Source: a virus
Lineage: Duplodnaviria > Caudoviricetes
Direction: 5' to 3' (one strand)
IMG/VR virus record: IMGVR_UViG_3300009945_000011
Location: 18,847 to 82,846 of that record
DNA length: 64,000 nt
This document shows positions 9,734 to 19,065 of the stretch, in pieces (the first letter of the stretch is position 1; each line of letters opens with the position of its first letter). A program made the position numbers and the translations under genes. The notes beneath the pieces are model-generated. The model had not been told where the DNA came from and searched no databases. It saw nothing but the letters and a program-made list of their open reading frames with translations.

Positions 9734-10489
9734 CTAGATATACGGCATGACAAAGTACTTATCCCCACGAATGGATACAACCCTGAAGCCATGCAGAAGA
9801 AGCAACCACGCCGTTTGATAAAACTGCCTTACTAGGTGCTGAGTTCCAAGTACATCACGAAGTACCGTCTCGCAAATAATATGATTTGCTGTGTATTCGG
9901 CCATCGCTTCCAAAACGCGGCCACTGAACTCGCTCTTGTGCGCATTAACTCTTGCATCGACTTCCCTGCTGATTTCTAAGCACGCCCCCGAGACCAAAGC
10001 TAATTCAATCTCTTTTCCAAGGAACGCTCTCATGTGCACCCTGCCACCACAGCAGTCCTCATCCTCCTGTATGATGGCGTATTCATCATCGAACCCAATG
10101 ATTACGACATCAGAGCGATCGGGAAACTGGCGCGTACGAGCCATGAAGAGGCGCGGTACAAGCTCATTGACCAGGCTCTTCGCATCGGTCCACCACTGCG
10201 GTTCTTTTACTTTCCGCAACAACCTGGCCTTTTTCGGGAACAGAACACGCAAGGTCTCGGTTCCGCTATAGAAATCAGCGTAGGCTGGGAACGTAGCCTC
10301 AGCCTCATACACATCAGATGAGAAATCTATAAACCTATCCCAAACACCCCTCCATGAGGTGAGCCACACTTCATGCTCATGCGGCACAAACCAGAGCTTG
10401 CTTGCTTCAACCTGTCCTGGCCGAGGAACGGTGCTCACAAGCGGAACAACGGCAAGCAGTGGTTCGTCATGCGCCATGATCGTTGACAC
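9734..10489 (-). CDS. Hypothetical protein
   Basis: 251-aa ORF in operon order. Confidence 0.65.
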   Translation of the reverse strand: MSTIMAHDEPLLAVVPLVSTVPRPGQVEASKLWFVPHEHEVWLTSWRGVWDRFIDFSSDVYEAEATFPAYADFYSGTETLRVLFPKKARLLRKVKEPQWWTDAKSLVNELVPRLFMARTRQFPDRSDVVIIGFDDEYAIIQEDEDCCGGRVHMRAFLGKEIELALVSGACLEISREVDARVNAHKSEFSGRVLEAMAEYTANHIICETVLRDVLGTQHLVRQFYQTAWLLLLHGFRVVSIRGDKYFVMPYI

Positions 10490-10515
10490 ACGCGCACTCC
10501 TCGGATAGCCGCTCT

Positions 10516-10908
10516 TTAGATTCTGCTAACGAGCAAGGAAGCATTATCAAAGTGATAACAAAGCTGTACTTCTTGTGTACCCCCGTCGTCACTCTCCTGG
10601 TTCGTAACAATTCTCCCCCACGCTACAGTAATACAGTGATCACAAAATCCACGCACAAAGGGAATACCTGGACCAGAACAATTTAGGAGTGCGTCCTCAT
10701 CAATAAACTCAGAAACCACAAAATCATGACCATGATCAGCAAGTTGTTCTTTGAGGTTCGAGAACATCTCTCTGACACAGTGTACAAACGATTTGGCAAG
10801 TTCAGGAGAAAACTGGGTCCCAGGAGGAATATGCAAAGCAGTCGTGCCCATGACTTCATTGTTGTCGTATACTACAACATCTTGGTTTCTTGTCTTTGTT
10901 TTCGCCAT
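10516..10908 (-). CDS. Hypothetical protein
   Basis: 130-aa ORF with RBS (GAAAAAGGTG) upstream. Confidence 0.65.
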   Translation of the reverse strand: MAKTKTRNQDVVVYDNNEVMGTTALHIPPGTQFSPELAKSFVHCVREMFSNLKEQLADHGHDFVVSEFIDEDALLNCSGPGIPFVRGFCDHCITVAWGRIVTNQESDDGGTQEVQLCYHFDNASLLVSRI

Positions 10909-10921
10909 GCTTCACCTTTCT

Positions 10922-11566
10922 TTAGCTCGCGGCGAGCCGATCTGCGGCAAATTTCAAGCCATCAAGAGATAGATTCGCAACACAAACGTCGGCAGTGATC
11001 ATATCAACTTCCGTCTCGCTGCGGTGCGATAAGATGCGTTCGAGCGCATCAATATCATGCTTGGTGGTCGGCGGGTACTTGATGCCAAGCTCCCTGGCAA
11101 CACTCCGTCTCCGCTCGTCTTCGTCTCGTACCACCTTCACCAGGAAAAACCCAGCACGTTGCAAGGCATCAGCTTCATTCAAGAACCTCACATCATCGCA
11201 AACGATGTTCTGACCCTTGTTGTCAGCAACTTGGTTCAAAAAGAGTTGTACCCAAAAGTCTGTGTTCCCCAGAACATCGCGGCAAAGATCGGTACCGACA
11301 CCTTGCAGAAACCACCTAAGTTTCTGCTTGTTCTTTTCGAGGTCGTCCAACGTAAACCACGGTTCCTGGCCACCTTGTTGCAGGAAGAAATTGATCATAT
11401 CCACTGACATTTGCTTCAAGGCATCGGCAAGTGCGATACGCCTGAATCCGTGGTCATTGACCAGGAAAGACGCAAGCGCCGTCTTCCCACTATGTTGCTT
11501 ACCGCAGATCGCAATTCGACGCCCGCTCGATAATCTCGCTGTAGATGATCCATCGGCAAACATCAT
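10922..11566 (-). CDS. Deoxynucleoside monophosphate kinase (copy 2)
   Basis: IAICGKQHSGKT P-loop, ALADALK, LRWFLQGVGTDLCR, FWV, VCDDVRFLNEA, HRSE. Confidence 0.88.
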   Translation of the reverse strand: MMFADGSSTARLSSGRRIAICGKQHSGKTALASFLVNDHGFRRIALADALKQMSVDMINFFLQQGGQEPWFTLDDLEKNKQKLRWFLQGVGTDLCRDVLGNTDFWVQLFLNQVADNKGQNIVCDDVRFLNEADALQRAGFFLVKVVRDEDERRRSVARELGIKYPPTTKHDIDALERILSHRSETEVDMITADVCVANLSLDGLKFAADRLAAS

Positions 11567-11717
11567 GCGTCTCTCTCAAGCTTCCTTCACGAATCGCTTG
11601 ATGAACTTTGCTCGTTGGATCTAATACTTCTCTTCGCACGAGGTCACGTAATCAGCAAGTTCCTGCTGTGACACCGTGGTAGCAACACCTCCACGTCTCC
11701 TGGCTCGCTTCGCTGTC

Positions 11718-12512
11718 CTAGAACGGCGGCTCATCGTGTTCACCATCTTCTTGCTTGTCCACGCCATCCTTGAGCGCCGTGATCAACTTGGTGGCGTCGC
11801 GACGGTCAAGCTGGTCAACACCCTTGCCGAAAAGGGAACGAACATAGGCATCAAGCTCTGCCTTGGAACTCAGGCCGTTGTTCTTGGCAAGCATGGCAAT
11901 GTACTGCCGCTGCTTATCCGACAGCGCTTGCGCTTGCGCCGTTTTCTCGTAGGCATCGCCCCGAGCCAGAGCCGAGACAACTTCCTCACCATTCGCGAAG
12001 CTTTCGGCTTCACCAAACCCAGCAGCACTGAGTGCGCGGCCAGCCGCATCGGTCGCAGCCTTCTCTAGCGGCCTCGTGCGTTCCGATGAGCGCGGGCTAA
12101 GCGCATTCCAGGCATCGGAACCCTCACGCGGCGACTTTGCCCAGCCATCAAACTCGTTGATCAACAAGCACCTCGCCAAGTCTCTCGCGATTTCCTCACC
12201 ACACTCCTCACGAATTCGCTTGACCGTCTCGATGTGGGTTGGATTGAACACCGATGCCGTTGCGCGAAACGTGATCCAATCATCATCATGATCCACAATC
12301 TCAACACGCATGCCGATAAGCTGGTTTGACTCGTGAGCAAGAATATAGCGGCCATTGACCGTCAAGTAATCCTTGCCCTCAAGCTTGATAACGAGATTTC
12401 TCTTCCGAAAGTCCTCTTTGTCGTACGTCAGTTGTGGCACAAAGTCCTCCTTCGCTGTTTCGAAATTGCCCTCGCATATTCTATCGTCACGAAGTGCCAG
12501 TACTGTTCCCAC
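11718..12512 (-). CDS. Rad52/Sak-like single-strand annealing protein
   Basis: LEKAATDAAGRALSAAGFG signature, helical LSDKQRQYI C-domain, SSB-like acidic tail DEPPF. Confidence 0.65.
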   Translation of the reverse strand: MGTVLALRDDRICEGNFETAKEDFVPQLTYDKEDFRKRNLVIKLEGKDYLTVNGRYILAHESNQLIGMRVEIVDHDDDWITFRATASVFNPTHIETVKRIREECGEEIARDLARCLLINEFDGWAKSPREGSDAWNALSPRSSERTRPLEKAATDAAGRALSAAGFGEAESFANGEEVVSALARGDAYEKTAQAQALSDKQRQYIAMLAKNNGLSSKAELDAYVRSLFGKGVDQLDRRDATKLITALKDGVDKQEDGEHDEPPF

Positions 12513-13058
12513 TCACTCTATCGTCATAACCAGGGCATGCTGTTCCCTTGCTGTGTTGCCTATACGCCCCCGTGAGACTACTCAATCTCGTTGTGAGACG
12601 TCTCATGGCACTACCAGTTGCGCGTTGAGACACGAACGTATCTATATCCTGTGGTGTTATCGAACTGGATTAGCACAACATCTTGTATGCCTCTGTGACG
12701 CATTGTAGAGCCCGTAGAGCCACGATTTCTTCTCACGAATGTAATAATACTTGTGAGGGGTGTTTCGCGGCTCTGAGAGCCTTTGGTGACCTCTGAGAGG
12801 CATTCTAGAACACGTGTGCGGCCACACATTTTGCGGTGGTGTACGAACCCTCTCCTTCTCTCCTCTCGTGTCTCTCTCTTCTCTCTTCTCTCTCTTCCCC
12901 CTCTTTTCCCTTCCTTCCCCTCTTTACTCCCCTTCTATCCCTATACTCCCTATACTCTCTTATCTCTCTACTCTCTCTATACTCTTCTCTTATTCTCTCC
13001 CTTCGGTATATTATATATATATATATACTAGTTATATAATACTAGTAGTACTTAGTAT

Positions 13059-13280
13059 ACGGTATTAGGTATATCTTGCGCTATTAAGTAACTTAAGCTA
13101 ATCCGTAATTAGTAATTAACGGTAGATTAAATACTTACTCGTAGTACTACAAAAAATATACTTACCGTAAAAATTAATATACGGTAACAGTATTTACTTA
13201 CACGTAATTACTAATAAACTAAATTTAACGTATAGTAACTTTACGGTGAAAGTAATTACTTATGCGTAAAGTATACTTAT
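13059..13280. repeat. Degenerate ~62-bp tandem repeat, about 3.5 units
   Basis: ACGGT at 13059, 13119, 13181, 13243; TACTTA at 13132, 13195, 13257; CGTA at 13140, 13203, 13265. Confidence 0.75.
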
Positions 13281-13391
13281 GGTATATTAGGGGCTTAGAG
13301 CGATGTTTCCCAACCAGGCCCACGTTCCCCAGACAAGCTTAGCCTCCGCGCTCCTGAGCAACATTCCGATCACCAACGCTTCTCTTGCGAG

Positions 13392-13449
13392 CGAAACCAA
13401 ACACTCATTAACCAAAACCTTATTTAACCAAAATATTCTTTAACCAAAA
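13392..13449 (+). repeat. TTAACCAAAA direct repeats, 16-bp period
   Basis: Exact copies at 13408, 13424, 13440; degenerate CGAAACCAAA at 13392. Confidence 0.85.
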
Positions 13450-13619
13450 CATACAATACCACCACCATCATATACCCCTGGTAGGTATTGCCGACAGTAC
13501 CAACCGTCGCCGTCGAAAGTGCTGGGCAAAACAAGGGTACCGCCGCCCGTGTTACTGAGCGGCAGGTACCAGGCGAGGTTCTATTTGTGCTCAGCGTACA
13601 AATACAATCACGGGAGAGA

Positions 13620-14177
13620 CTAGCGCCCGAGATAGGCGTAGAGGAGGTTTACGTCGAGTTTCCAGCCAGTTATCCGCCGCAACTTCGAAAGCTCTTTCCT
13701 GACTCGTGGCTGGCAGCCAGATTTCCCAGCGAGAATCTGGCGCATGATTTGTACCATGAGCACAATGGCCCTCTGCTGGTGCGGCGTGCCGTTTTCATAG
13801 AGGTGCTTGATCTCCGCGAACGAGGCAAGCTGCTCTTCGACGGCATCGAAGTCATGGTCCTCCTGGCATGGATTGAGTTCGTTCACGTCCAGAAACAGCG
13901 CGGATTCTGGGGTGATCCTGGTAATAGACGAGCGCCTGTATTGCTTGCGAAGCTCGTCCTTGTACGCGAATTCCCATGCTTTCTTTGCGATATCCTCATG
14001 CTGGTCAAGGATGTCTGAGAAGTCCCCGTCAATGGTTCCCAGGTCTCTCCTGAGCCGAATGAACGCCCGCATGGCTGCCTCCTGCCTGATGTCTGGAGCC
14101 CACTTGCTCGCGGGTTGTGCTGATTCAACCTTTGGTGACGTGTGATGACAGAGAATACGACCGATACTCCGTGGCAT
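13620..14177 (-). CDS. Hypothetical protein (possible regulator)
   Basis: 185-aa helical ORF, last gene before the origin-like region. Confidence 0.6.
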   Translation of the reverse strand: MPRSIGRILCHHTSPKVESAQPASKWAPDIRQEAAMRAFIRLRRDLGTIDGDFSDILDQHEDIAKKAWEFAYKDELRKQYRRSSITRITPESALFLDVNELNPCQEDHDFDAVEEQLASFAEIKHLYENGTPHQQRAIVLMVQIMRQILAGKSGCQPRVRKELSKLRRITGWKLDVNLLYAYLGR

Positions 14178-14183
14178 ATCCCG

Positions 14184-14624
14184 CTAGCTCCCTGCCAATA
14201 TTTGTTCAACCTGCTTAGCCATCATGATTTCGTGATCTGTTGCGTAAGCGGTGAAGAAGAATCTGTTGCTTGCGAAGGCCAGGACAAGGAGGCGTGTCTC
14301 TGGATGTTGTGTTACCCTGGTAATATACCCAGTGTTGTTGCGTGCTACTACATATAGTGTATCTGTGTCGAGTGCCTGGCGCTGCATGTATGTGCTGCGA
14401 GACACGATAAGATACTTGGTGCATGCTTGCTGGATATCAATTGAGAATACCGTGTTGTCGTAGAAATTGAGTTCTCTCCGCTGGCTTTCTGTGATTGAGC
14501 ACGGGAGGAACTGATTTTCCATAATCATGATTGAATGTGAGATAGCACCGCGCACGATCTCATTCATGATAATGGACTCCCATCGTGTTCTTTTGTTGAT
14601 GACGAACACGCCCCTTCCACACAA
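14184..14624 (-). CDS. Hypothetical protein
   Basis: ORF in leftward operon; start uncertain. Confidence 0.55.
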   Translation of the reverse strand: MCGRGVFVINKRTRWESIIMNEIVRGAISHSIMIMENQFLPCSITESQRRELNFYDNTVFSIDIQQACTKYLIVSRSTYMQRQALDTDTLYVVARNNTGYITRVTQHPETRLLVLAFASNRFFFTAYATDHEIMMAKQVEQILAGS

Positions 14625-15237
14625 TTTTGAAGGTTTCGTTGGTCATCAGGTATGTGATTGTTGTTGCCATCAAGAGGTCGTGACGAGGGATGTCACCATG
14701 GTCTTTGATGTACCCAGCTATGAAGAACAGGGATTCTTCATTGACGTTCCCCCCGATTATCTTGGTTGTGACGTACGATACGATTTCACAGATGATTTCG
14801 TTTCGGAACGATGGCAGGCACTCGTTGTAGCGATGTTCGTAGTGATGAAGAACATGATGTGTTAGCTCGTGAGCAATGGTGTTGAATAATTGCCCGCTCG
14901 GAAGATGGCCATCAACGATGATGAGTCCTGATGCGCTCTCATACAAACCGAACCCGTGATTGAGCCCCAGTGGTTGTCGGCATTCGCACGGTGCCTCTTT
15001 GTGCCCGCACTTTTTGATGATGACTTTGGTTCCGAGCTCACAAGCGAGTTTCGTTAGTCCCCTGATGTACTCTCTTCGGATTGGGGCTGTTATTCTGTAG
15101 TGTGTGTCGCCGCTTTCCTCATAACCATCGTCGAGTTCTGGTATTCGTGACAGGCTGTCATGATAGGCACGGGTGACTTCTTCTCGTACTACGGATTTTC
15201 TGACAAAAGGGTACCTAATCATGCTTCCCCCCAGCAT
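14560..15237 (-). CDS. Zincin-like metallopeptidase (ImmA/IrrE or ArdC-MPTase-like)
   Basis: NTIAHELTHHVLH (HExxH), downstream EIICEIVSYV and SLFFIAGY pattern. Confidence 0.72.
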   Translation of the reverse strand: MLGGSMIRYPFVRKSVVREEVTRAYHDSLSRIPELDDGYEESGDTHYRITAPIRREYIRGLTKLACELGTKVIIKKCGHKEAPCECRQPLGLNHGFGLYESASGLIIVDGHLPSGQLFNTIAHELTHHVLHHYEHRYNECLPSFRNEIICEIVSYVTTKIIGGNVNEESLFFIAGYIKDHGDIPRHDLLMATTITYLMTNETFKIVWKGRVRHQQKNTMGVHYHE

Positions 15238-15262
15238 GAGCTAGTTGACTATTCGCCTGTTA

Positions 15263-15976
15263 TTACAGCCTTGGTGGTGCGAGGACGATTGGTGTCCCCT
15301 TCCGCTGCCCGATCAAGACGTGCCCGCGTTTGAGGACGTCCCAGCACCGCAGAATAGTTTTGACAGTGTTGCTGTCAATACCAGTCTCACCACAAATGAA
15401 TATGGATGTTCCGTATGAGTATGCAAGGATGGCGTATGATTCCTGCATGGCCACAAGGTCATGCTTGCGCAGGAAACTGCTGTCACTTGCTTCTAGCCCG
15501 TTGTGGATATTGTTCCTGACAACTGGCGCTGCTACCGCTGCAACGCGCCGATAGGGAGACTTTCTCAGCGCCTCACCAACCGCTGAGGCGAGGGTTGTAA
15601 ATGGATGGATGGTTCCGATTCTGTCGGTGATGATCCAGTCATCCCTGGCGGGCTCCGTGAAGTGGAAAAAACGGATGGTTGCCGTTTCGTTGAGGACGAA
15701 GTTACGGAATGCCCGTAACCATTTTGGTTCGTATGGTTCGATAAGCCTGGCTCGTCCACAGGTGACTTCGGTCTCCGTCTCGGAGAAGATCGTTTCGCCC
15801 CTGGCGTACCAAATTTGGTTGTCAACCGCCTGGACATAGTGGAACGGCCTAGCGGTGAGTTCGAGACCTGGATAGATTGATTCGATCTGCTGGCCTGGTG
15901 GTGGCCAGTAGAGGTTATCGCCATGGAGACTTCTCCCTGTCTTGTCGAGTACCTTGAAGCCTATGGCCTTGCTCAT
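15263..15976 (-). CDS. Hypothetical protein
   Basis: 237-aa ORF in operon order. Confidence 0.65.
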   Translation of the reverse strand: MSKAIGFKVLDKTGRSLHGDNLYWPPPGQQIESIYPGLELTARPFHYVQAVDNQIWYARGETIFSETETEVTCGRARLIEPYEPKWLRAFRNFVLNETATIRFFHFTEPARDDWIITDRIGTIHPFTTLASAVGEALRKSPYRRVAAVAAPVVRNNIHNGLEASDSSFLRKHDLVAMQESYAILAYSYGTSIFICGETGIDSNTVKTILRCWDVLKRGHVLIGQRKGTPIVLAPPRL

Positions 15977-15993
15977 TGCCGTGCCTGCGCAGG

Positions 15994-16368
15994 CTAATTT
16001 TTCATGATGATTGGTTGTGAGATCGGGATACCGTATTGTTCTTGCCTGGCCATCTCATCGGCGATTCTGTGAATGACCTGCCTGAGGATGTGTCTACTTG
16101 GCCAGCGTTCTTGGTAGCGGCCATCTGGCGTTCGGTAAATGCTTGTGATGCCTTTGAGGATTCTGCTGTAGCGGATTCCGATGAGGAGGGTTTCATCCTC
16201 TTGCTCCTGCTCACTTTCCTCAAGGTTCACGCGAAGAAACGAACCAGGTAAGTCGGTCTCACCGTTTGGGGCTGGCAGGTACCCCCATTCGGCAGTGAAA
16301 TGCGCGTCCTCGATGTGGAAGTTATAGCGCCGTAGCATGATCCCCTCCTGTAGAACACGTGTTCTCAT
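15994..16368 (-). CDS. Hypothetical protein
   Basis: ORF; likely start MLRRYNF after an AGGAGGG RBS. Confidence 0.6.
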   Translation of the reverse strand: MRTRVLQEGIMLRRYNFHIEDAHFTAEWGYLPAPNGETDLPGSFLRVNLEESEQEQEDETLLIGIRYSRILKGITSIYRTPDGRYQERWPSRHILRQVIHRIADEMARQEQYGIPISQPIIMKN

Positions 16369-16399
16369 TCTACCACGCCCTGCCTAGGATGCAATGTGG

Positions 16400-16729
16400 T
16401 TATTCAATCACCCATCCCTCGGCTTTCCAGGCGTTCTGGTGCCCGCTTGGGAGGATAGCGCGAACGATAGCACCCCGTGCTCCGTCACCAAAGACGACCT
16501 TGATGTTGTGTTTCGCCAGCACGTCTTTGATGATCTCCATTGACTTCTTCTCGGCCTTGAGTTCCTGGCTAGTGAGTGGCCGAGAGACAATCCGCCGCAA
16601 GCGGCCAAGACGCCGAGCATGCCAGCACACAAGCTCGACTTCTTGGAACGTTAGCCCGTTGACCATCAAGACTCCACATGTCTCTGGATCAATTTTGCTC
16701 ATTTGTCCCCCAGGAGAATCTTGATACAA
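16400..16729 (-). CDS. Hypothetical protein
   Basis: ORF; likely start MSKIDPE. Confidence 0.6.
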   Translation of the reverse strand: MYQDSPGGQMSKIDPETCGVLMVNGLTFQEVELVCWHARRLGRLRRIVSRPLTSQELKAEKKSMEIIKDVLAKHNIKVVFGDGARGAIVRAILPSGHQNAWKAEGWVIE

Positions 16730-17499
16730 GCATCAAGCTGTTTCTTTATTGTCCCAGCCATGTCCTTGTCTTCGAGGAGTGCGTAGGAGATGAGACCGTG
16801 TAGCCCGCGGTAAAACTGGACGCTGTTGCTAGTGTGTCTTGTGCTAGCTGATTGTAAGCGTGTGAAGGTGTCGAACAAGCATTTGATGGAACTGGCGTAC
16901 TTTCGCTCCTTCTTGGCCGACAGGTGGATAGCATCGAGTAAATCGTTTTGTCCAAGGCCGCTGATTACTGCCCTTTGACTGTCGCTAGCCTTGATTATTG
17001 CCTGGCAAAGGGAAACGGTTTGTTGCCACCAGGGTTGATATGGTGCTTCCTCCATGATCGTGAATTGTGGGCAGGCGTAGTAGTACGTGGCTTCCAGCCC
17101 CCGTTGCTCCCTGACCGCGACACAGGAGCCAGCGTGCTCGATCCTATGAAGCCGATCGAGGAACGACATGCCATATTCCCAGGCTCTCTCGTAGGCAAAA
17201 AGCTTGTTCGTGGTGTTACTAGGCACTGCCTCCATCCCTGCGTAGCTGGTTGCCTCTGGTGACGGCACGATCGCGTAGATTGGCATCTCAACGTTGTAGG
17301 GAGGACTTTCGTAAAAATAAGCACCCTCAGATCTGAGTGGCTGGATGTGCTCTATTGTTGTGATCATCGGCTTATCAATGGCAGGCCGCCGCGATACCGA
17401 CGGCCTGATCACAACCGTTTTCGCTCCCAGGAATTTATCCAGGACTGCGGCGTAGATATGGAGATTGTCTTCGTAGATGACGATCTGATCTTGGAGCAT
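16699..17499 (-). CDS. Hypothetical protein
   Basis: 266-aa ORF in operon order. Confidence 0.65.
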   Translation of the reverse strand: MLQDQIVIYEDNLHIYAAVLDKFLGAKTVVIRPSVSRRPAIDKPMITTIEHIQPLRSEGAYFYESPPYNVEMPIYAIVPSPEATSYAGMEAVPSNTTNKLFAYERAWEYGMSFLDRLHRIEHAGSCVAVREQRGLEATYYYACPQFTIMEEAPYQPWWQQTVSLCQAIIKASDSQRAVISGLGQNDLLDAIHLSAKKERKYASSIKCLFDTFTRLQSASTRHTSNSVQFYRGLHGLISYALLEDKDMAGTIKKQLDACIKILLGDK

Positions 17500-17503
17500 C
17501 GTG

Positions 17504-18175
17504 TCACCCTACGCGATACGAATCCCGCCGCTTGTAGAGCGGTTCAATCTCGTGTCCCTTGACATCAATAAGCGTTGTTATGCTGTCGAGATAATTTCCG
17601 CTATCGTTCTGAACAGTGAGCACGAGGTACTTGTCGTAAACATCGAGCCTGGTGGTGACGAAGTCATTTATTGATTTTCTGTTCTTGGATGTAACCTTTT
17701 TGAAGTCAAGGATTGTATCGAGAAGCTTCTTCATTCCCTTAGCATCAACGTAAACCGAAGCGCTGGGTTTTTCATTTGGCATGATGCATGTTGGGTCCAC
17801 AACATCCTTGTCAAGGACCTTGACGTTGACTTGCCGCTGGAATGAACGGCTGGAGATGGTGATCACACCATCCTCCTTGATCGTGGCCTCGCTATCGGTC
17901 GTTGTGCCTCTGGTGGCATCAATGACGCCGTACTGGTCGAGGACGAATGGCTTTTCAGTTACGTAGTCTGTGCTGATAAAGTGAAACCCGTCTGATGCAA
18001 AGACTTTCTTTTTGGTGAAGAATACGCCGTAGATGCCTGGTTTTCTATGCTCAAAGTCTGGATAGATGCAGCTTGCGATGTGCTTGAGAACATTTGCGAG
18101 CATCATATCTCCTTCCTGCTTATCTGATCGTTCCGAGATACGATTCGATATCGAGCCAGAGGTCTGATGCCTCAA
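17504..18175 (-). CDS. Beta-clamp-like protein fragment (copy 1)
   Basis: KVFASDGFHFIS resembles the DnaN ATDGHRL strand; repeated beta-alpha-beta character. Confidence 0.4.
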   Translation of the reverse strand: MRHQTSGSISNRISERSDKQEGDMMLANVLKHIASCIYPDFEHRKPGIYGVFFTKKKVFASDGFHFISTDYVTEKPFVLDQYGVIDATRGTTTDSEATIKEDGVITISSRSFQRQVNVKVLDKDVVDPTCIMPNEKPSASVYVDAKGMKKLLDTILDFKKVTSKNRKSINDFVTTRLDVYDKYLVLTVQNDSGNYLDSITTLIDVKGHEIEPLYKRRDSYRVG

Positions 18176-18416
18176 GTTCGCATTCGGGACAGGTGACTCC
18201 TTTCGTTATGGTTGCGCCGCAAATACGGCATTGCCTCTTCCCAGTGAATCTCTTGATGATCCTTGGCCGCTTCTCGTCCTCCTGCTCAATGATAATAACA
18301 CTCGTAAATTTACCGCTGTCCCACAAGGACGTCCCAAGAGTCATAGCATCATGGAATGTCGTGGTTTCTTTACATTCCGTGGAATTATCCTCCAGGGCCA
18401 CTACATAAAATACCAT
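18120..18416 (-). CDS. Hypothetical protein with C-terminal CxxC...CxxC zinc ribbon
   Basis: CRICGATITKGVTCPEC. Confidence 0.65.
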   Translation of the reverse strand: MVFYVVALEDNSTECKETTTFHDAMTLGTSLWDSGKFTSVIIIEQEDEKRPRIIKRFTGKRQCRICGATITKGVTCPECELEASDLWLDIESYLGTIR

Positions 18417-18601
18417 TGCTGGCTCCCTCTAGAGCAGGTATACTCCTCTTGGTAACGGCGGGCAAGTAGAAGGTTGATAGCTTTCCTGTTTTTGTTATCG
18501 CTTGTCTCTTCAACGTATTCGAAAAGATTGTCAAGCTCATCCTCAGACAATCGAGATTGGATCGAGTCCTCGACCTCTCTTATAACGTCGGTGATGTTCA
18601 T
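18401..18601 (-). CDS. Small acidic hypothetical protein
   Basis: 66-aa ORF with GGAG RBS. Confidence 0.6.
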   Translation of the reverse strand: MNITDVIREVEDSIQSRLSEDELDNLFEYVEETSDNKNRKAINLLLARRYQEEYTCSRGSQQWYFM

Positions 18602-18920
18602 ACTCCAGCACCTCCATAAAGAATGTTATCGAGCGAAGATCGATATGGACTGTAACGTCTTCACGAAGGTAGTGTGGTGCGAACGCGCTAAGAATGATTG
18701 GTTTGGATTGCCGCTTTAGCCACCTGACGAATCCAACTCTCGATTGGAATGTGATCAGCCACTGCCAGTCCTCAATGTCGTTCTCTGGCGATCTCCACGT
18801 GGCCACATGGACGTACTTTGCGGAGGTGTGTGGTGCACCCTTTCTGCCAGCGAGAAGGCACGTGATCGGCTTGGTCTTCCTTCTTTTTTGCGGTCTACCT
18901 TCGACCATTGATTTCAACAT
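18543..18920 (-). CDS. Hypothetical protein
   Basis: ORF in operon; start uncertain. Confidence 0.5.
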   Translation of the reverse strand: MLKSMVEGRPQKRRKTKPITCLLAGRKGAPHTSAKYVHVATWRSPENDIEDWQWLITFQSRVGFVRWLKRQSKPIILSAFAPHYLREDVTVHIDLRSITFFMEVLEYEHHRRYKRGRGLDPISIV

Positions 18921-19056
18921 CTCTTACCCAAAGCTTGGCCTCGTAGACTAGTTGTTCAGCACGATCTAACACGGGATCGTCAACAGAATCGTAATGATTC
19001 AGAATGTTCTCAAGGGCCTCGATGAGGTCCTTGATCATCATCATTTCTTTGTTCAT
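18895..19056 (-). CDS. Small hypothetical protein (53 aa)
   Basis: Not in track; MNKEMMIKDLIEALENIL...NGRR with TAGGGG RBS-like sequence. Confidence 0.55.
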   Translation of the reverse strand: MNKEMMMIKDLIEALENILNHYDSVDDPVLDRAEQLVYEAKLWVRDVEINGRR

Positions 19057-19065
19057 CGTAGTCCC

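Larger units (their letters stand above)
12540..13460. other. Candidate replication origin (non-coding repeat / polypyrimidine / AT-rich region)
   Basis: No credible ORF; contains TGAGA cluster, ~155-nt pyrimidine tract, AT-rich ~62-bp periodic repeats and 16-bp periodic TTAACCAAAA repeats. Confidence 0.55.

Noticed and set aside
12783-13068. Plus-strand Leu/Ser/Pro-rich ORFs
   Set aside because: Artefacts of the polypyrimidine tract; no RBS, opposite to local gene orientation
13059-13449. CRISPR array or mini-array
   Set aside because: Repeats are degenerate or only 10 bp, with no 25-40-bp identical repeats separated by unique spacers; no cas operon (the Cas4-like gene is a typical phage nuclease)
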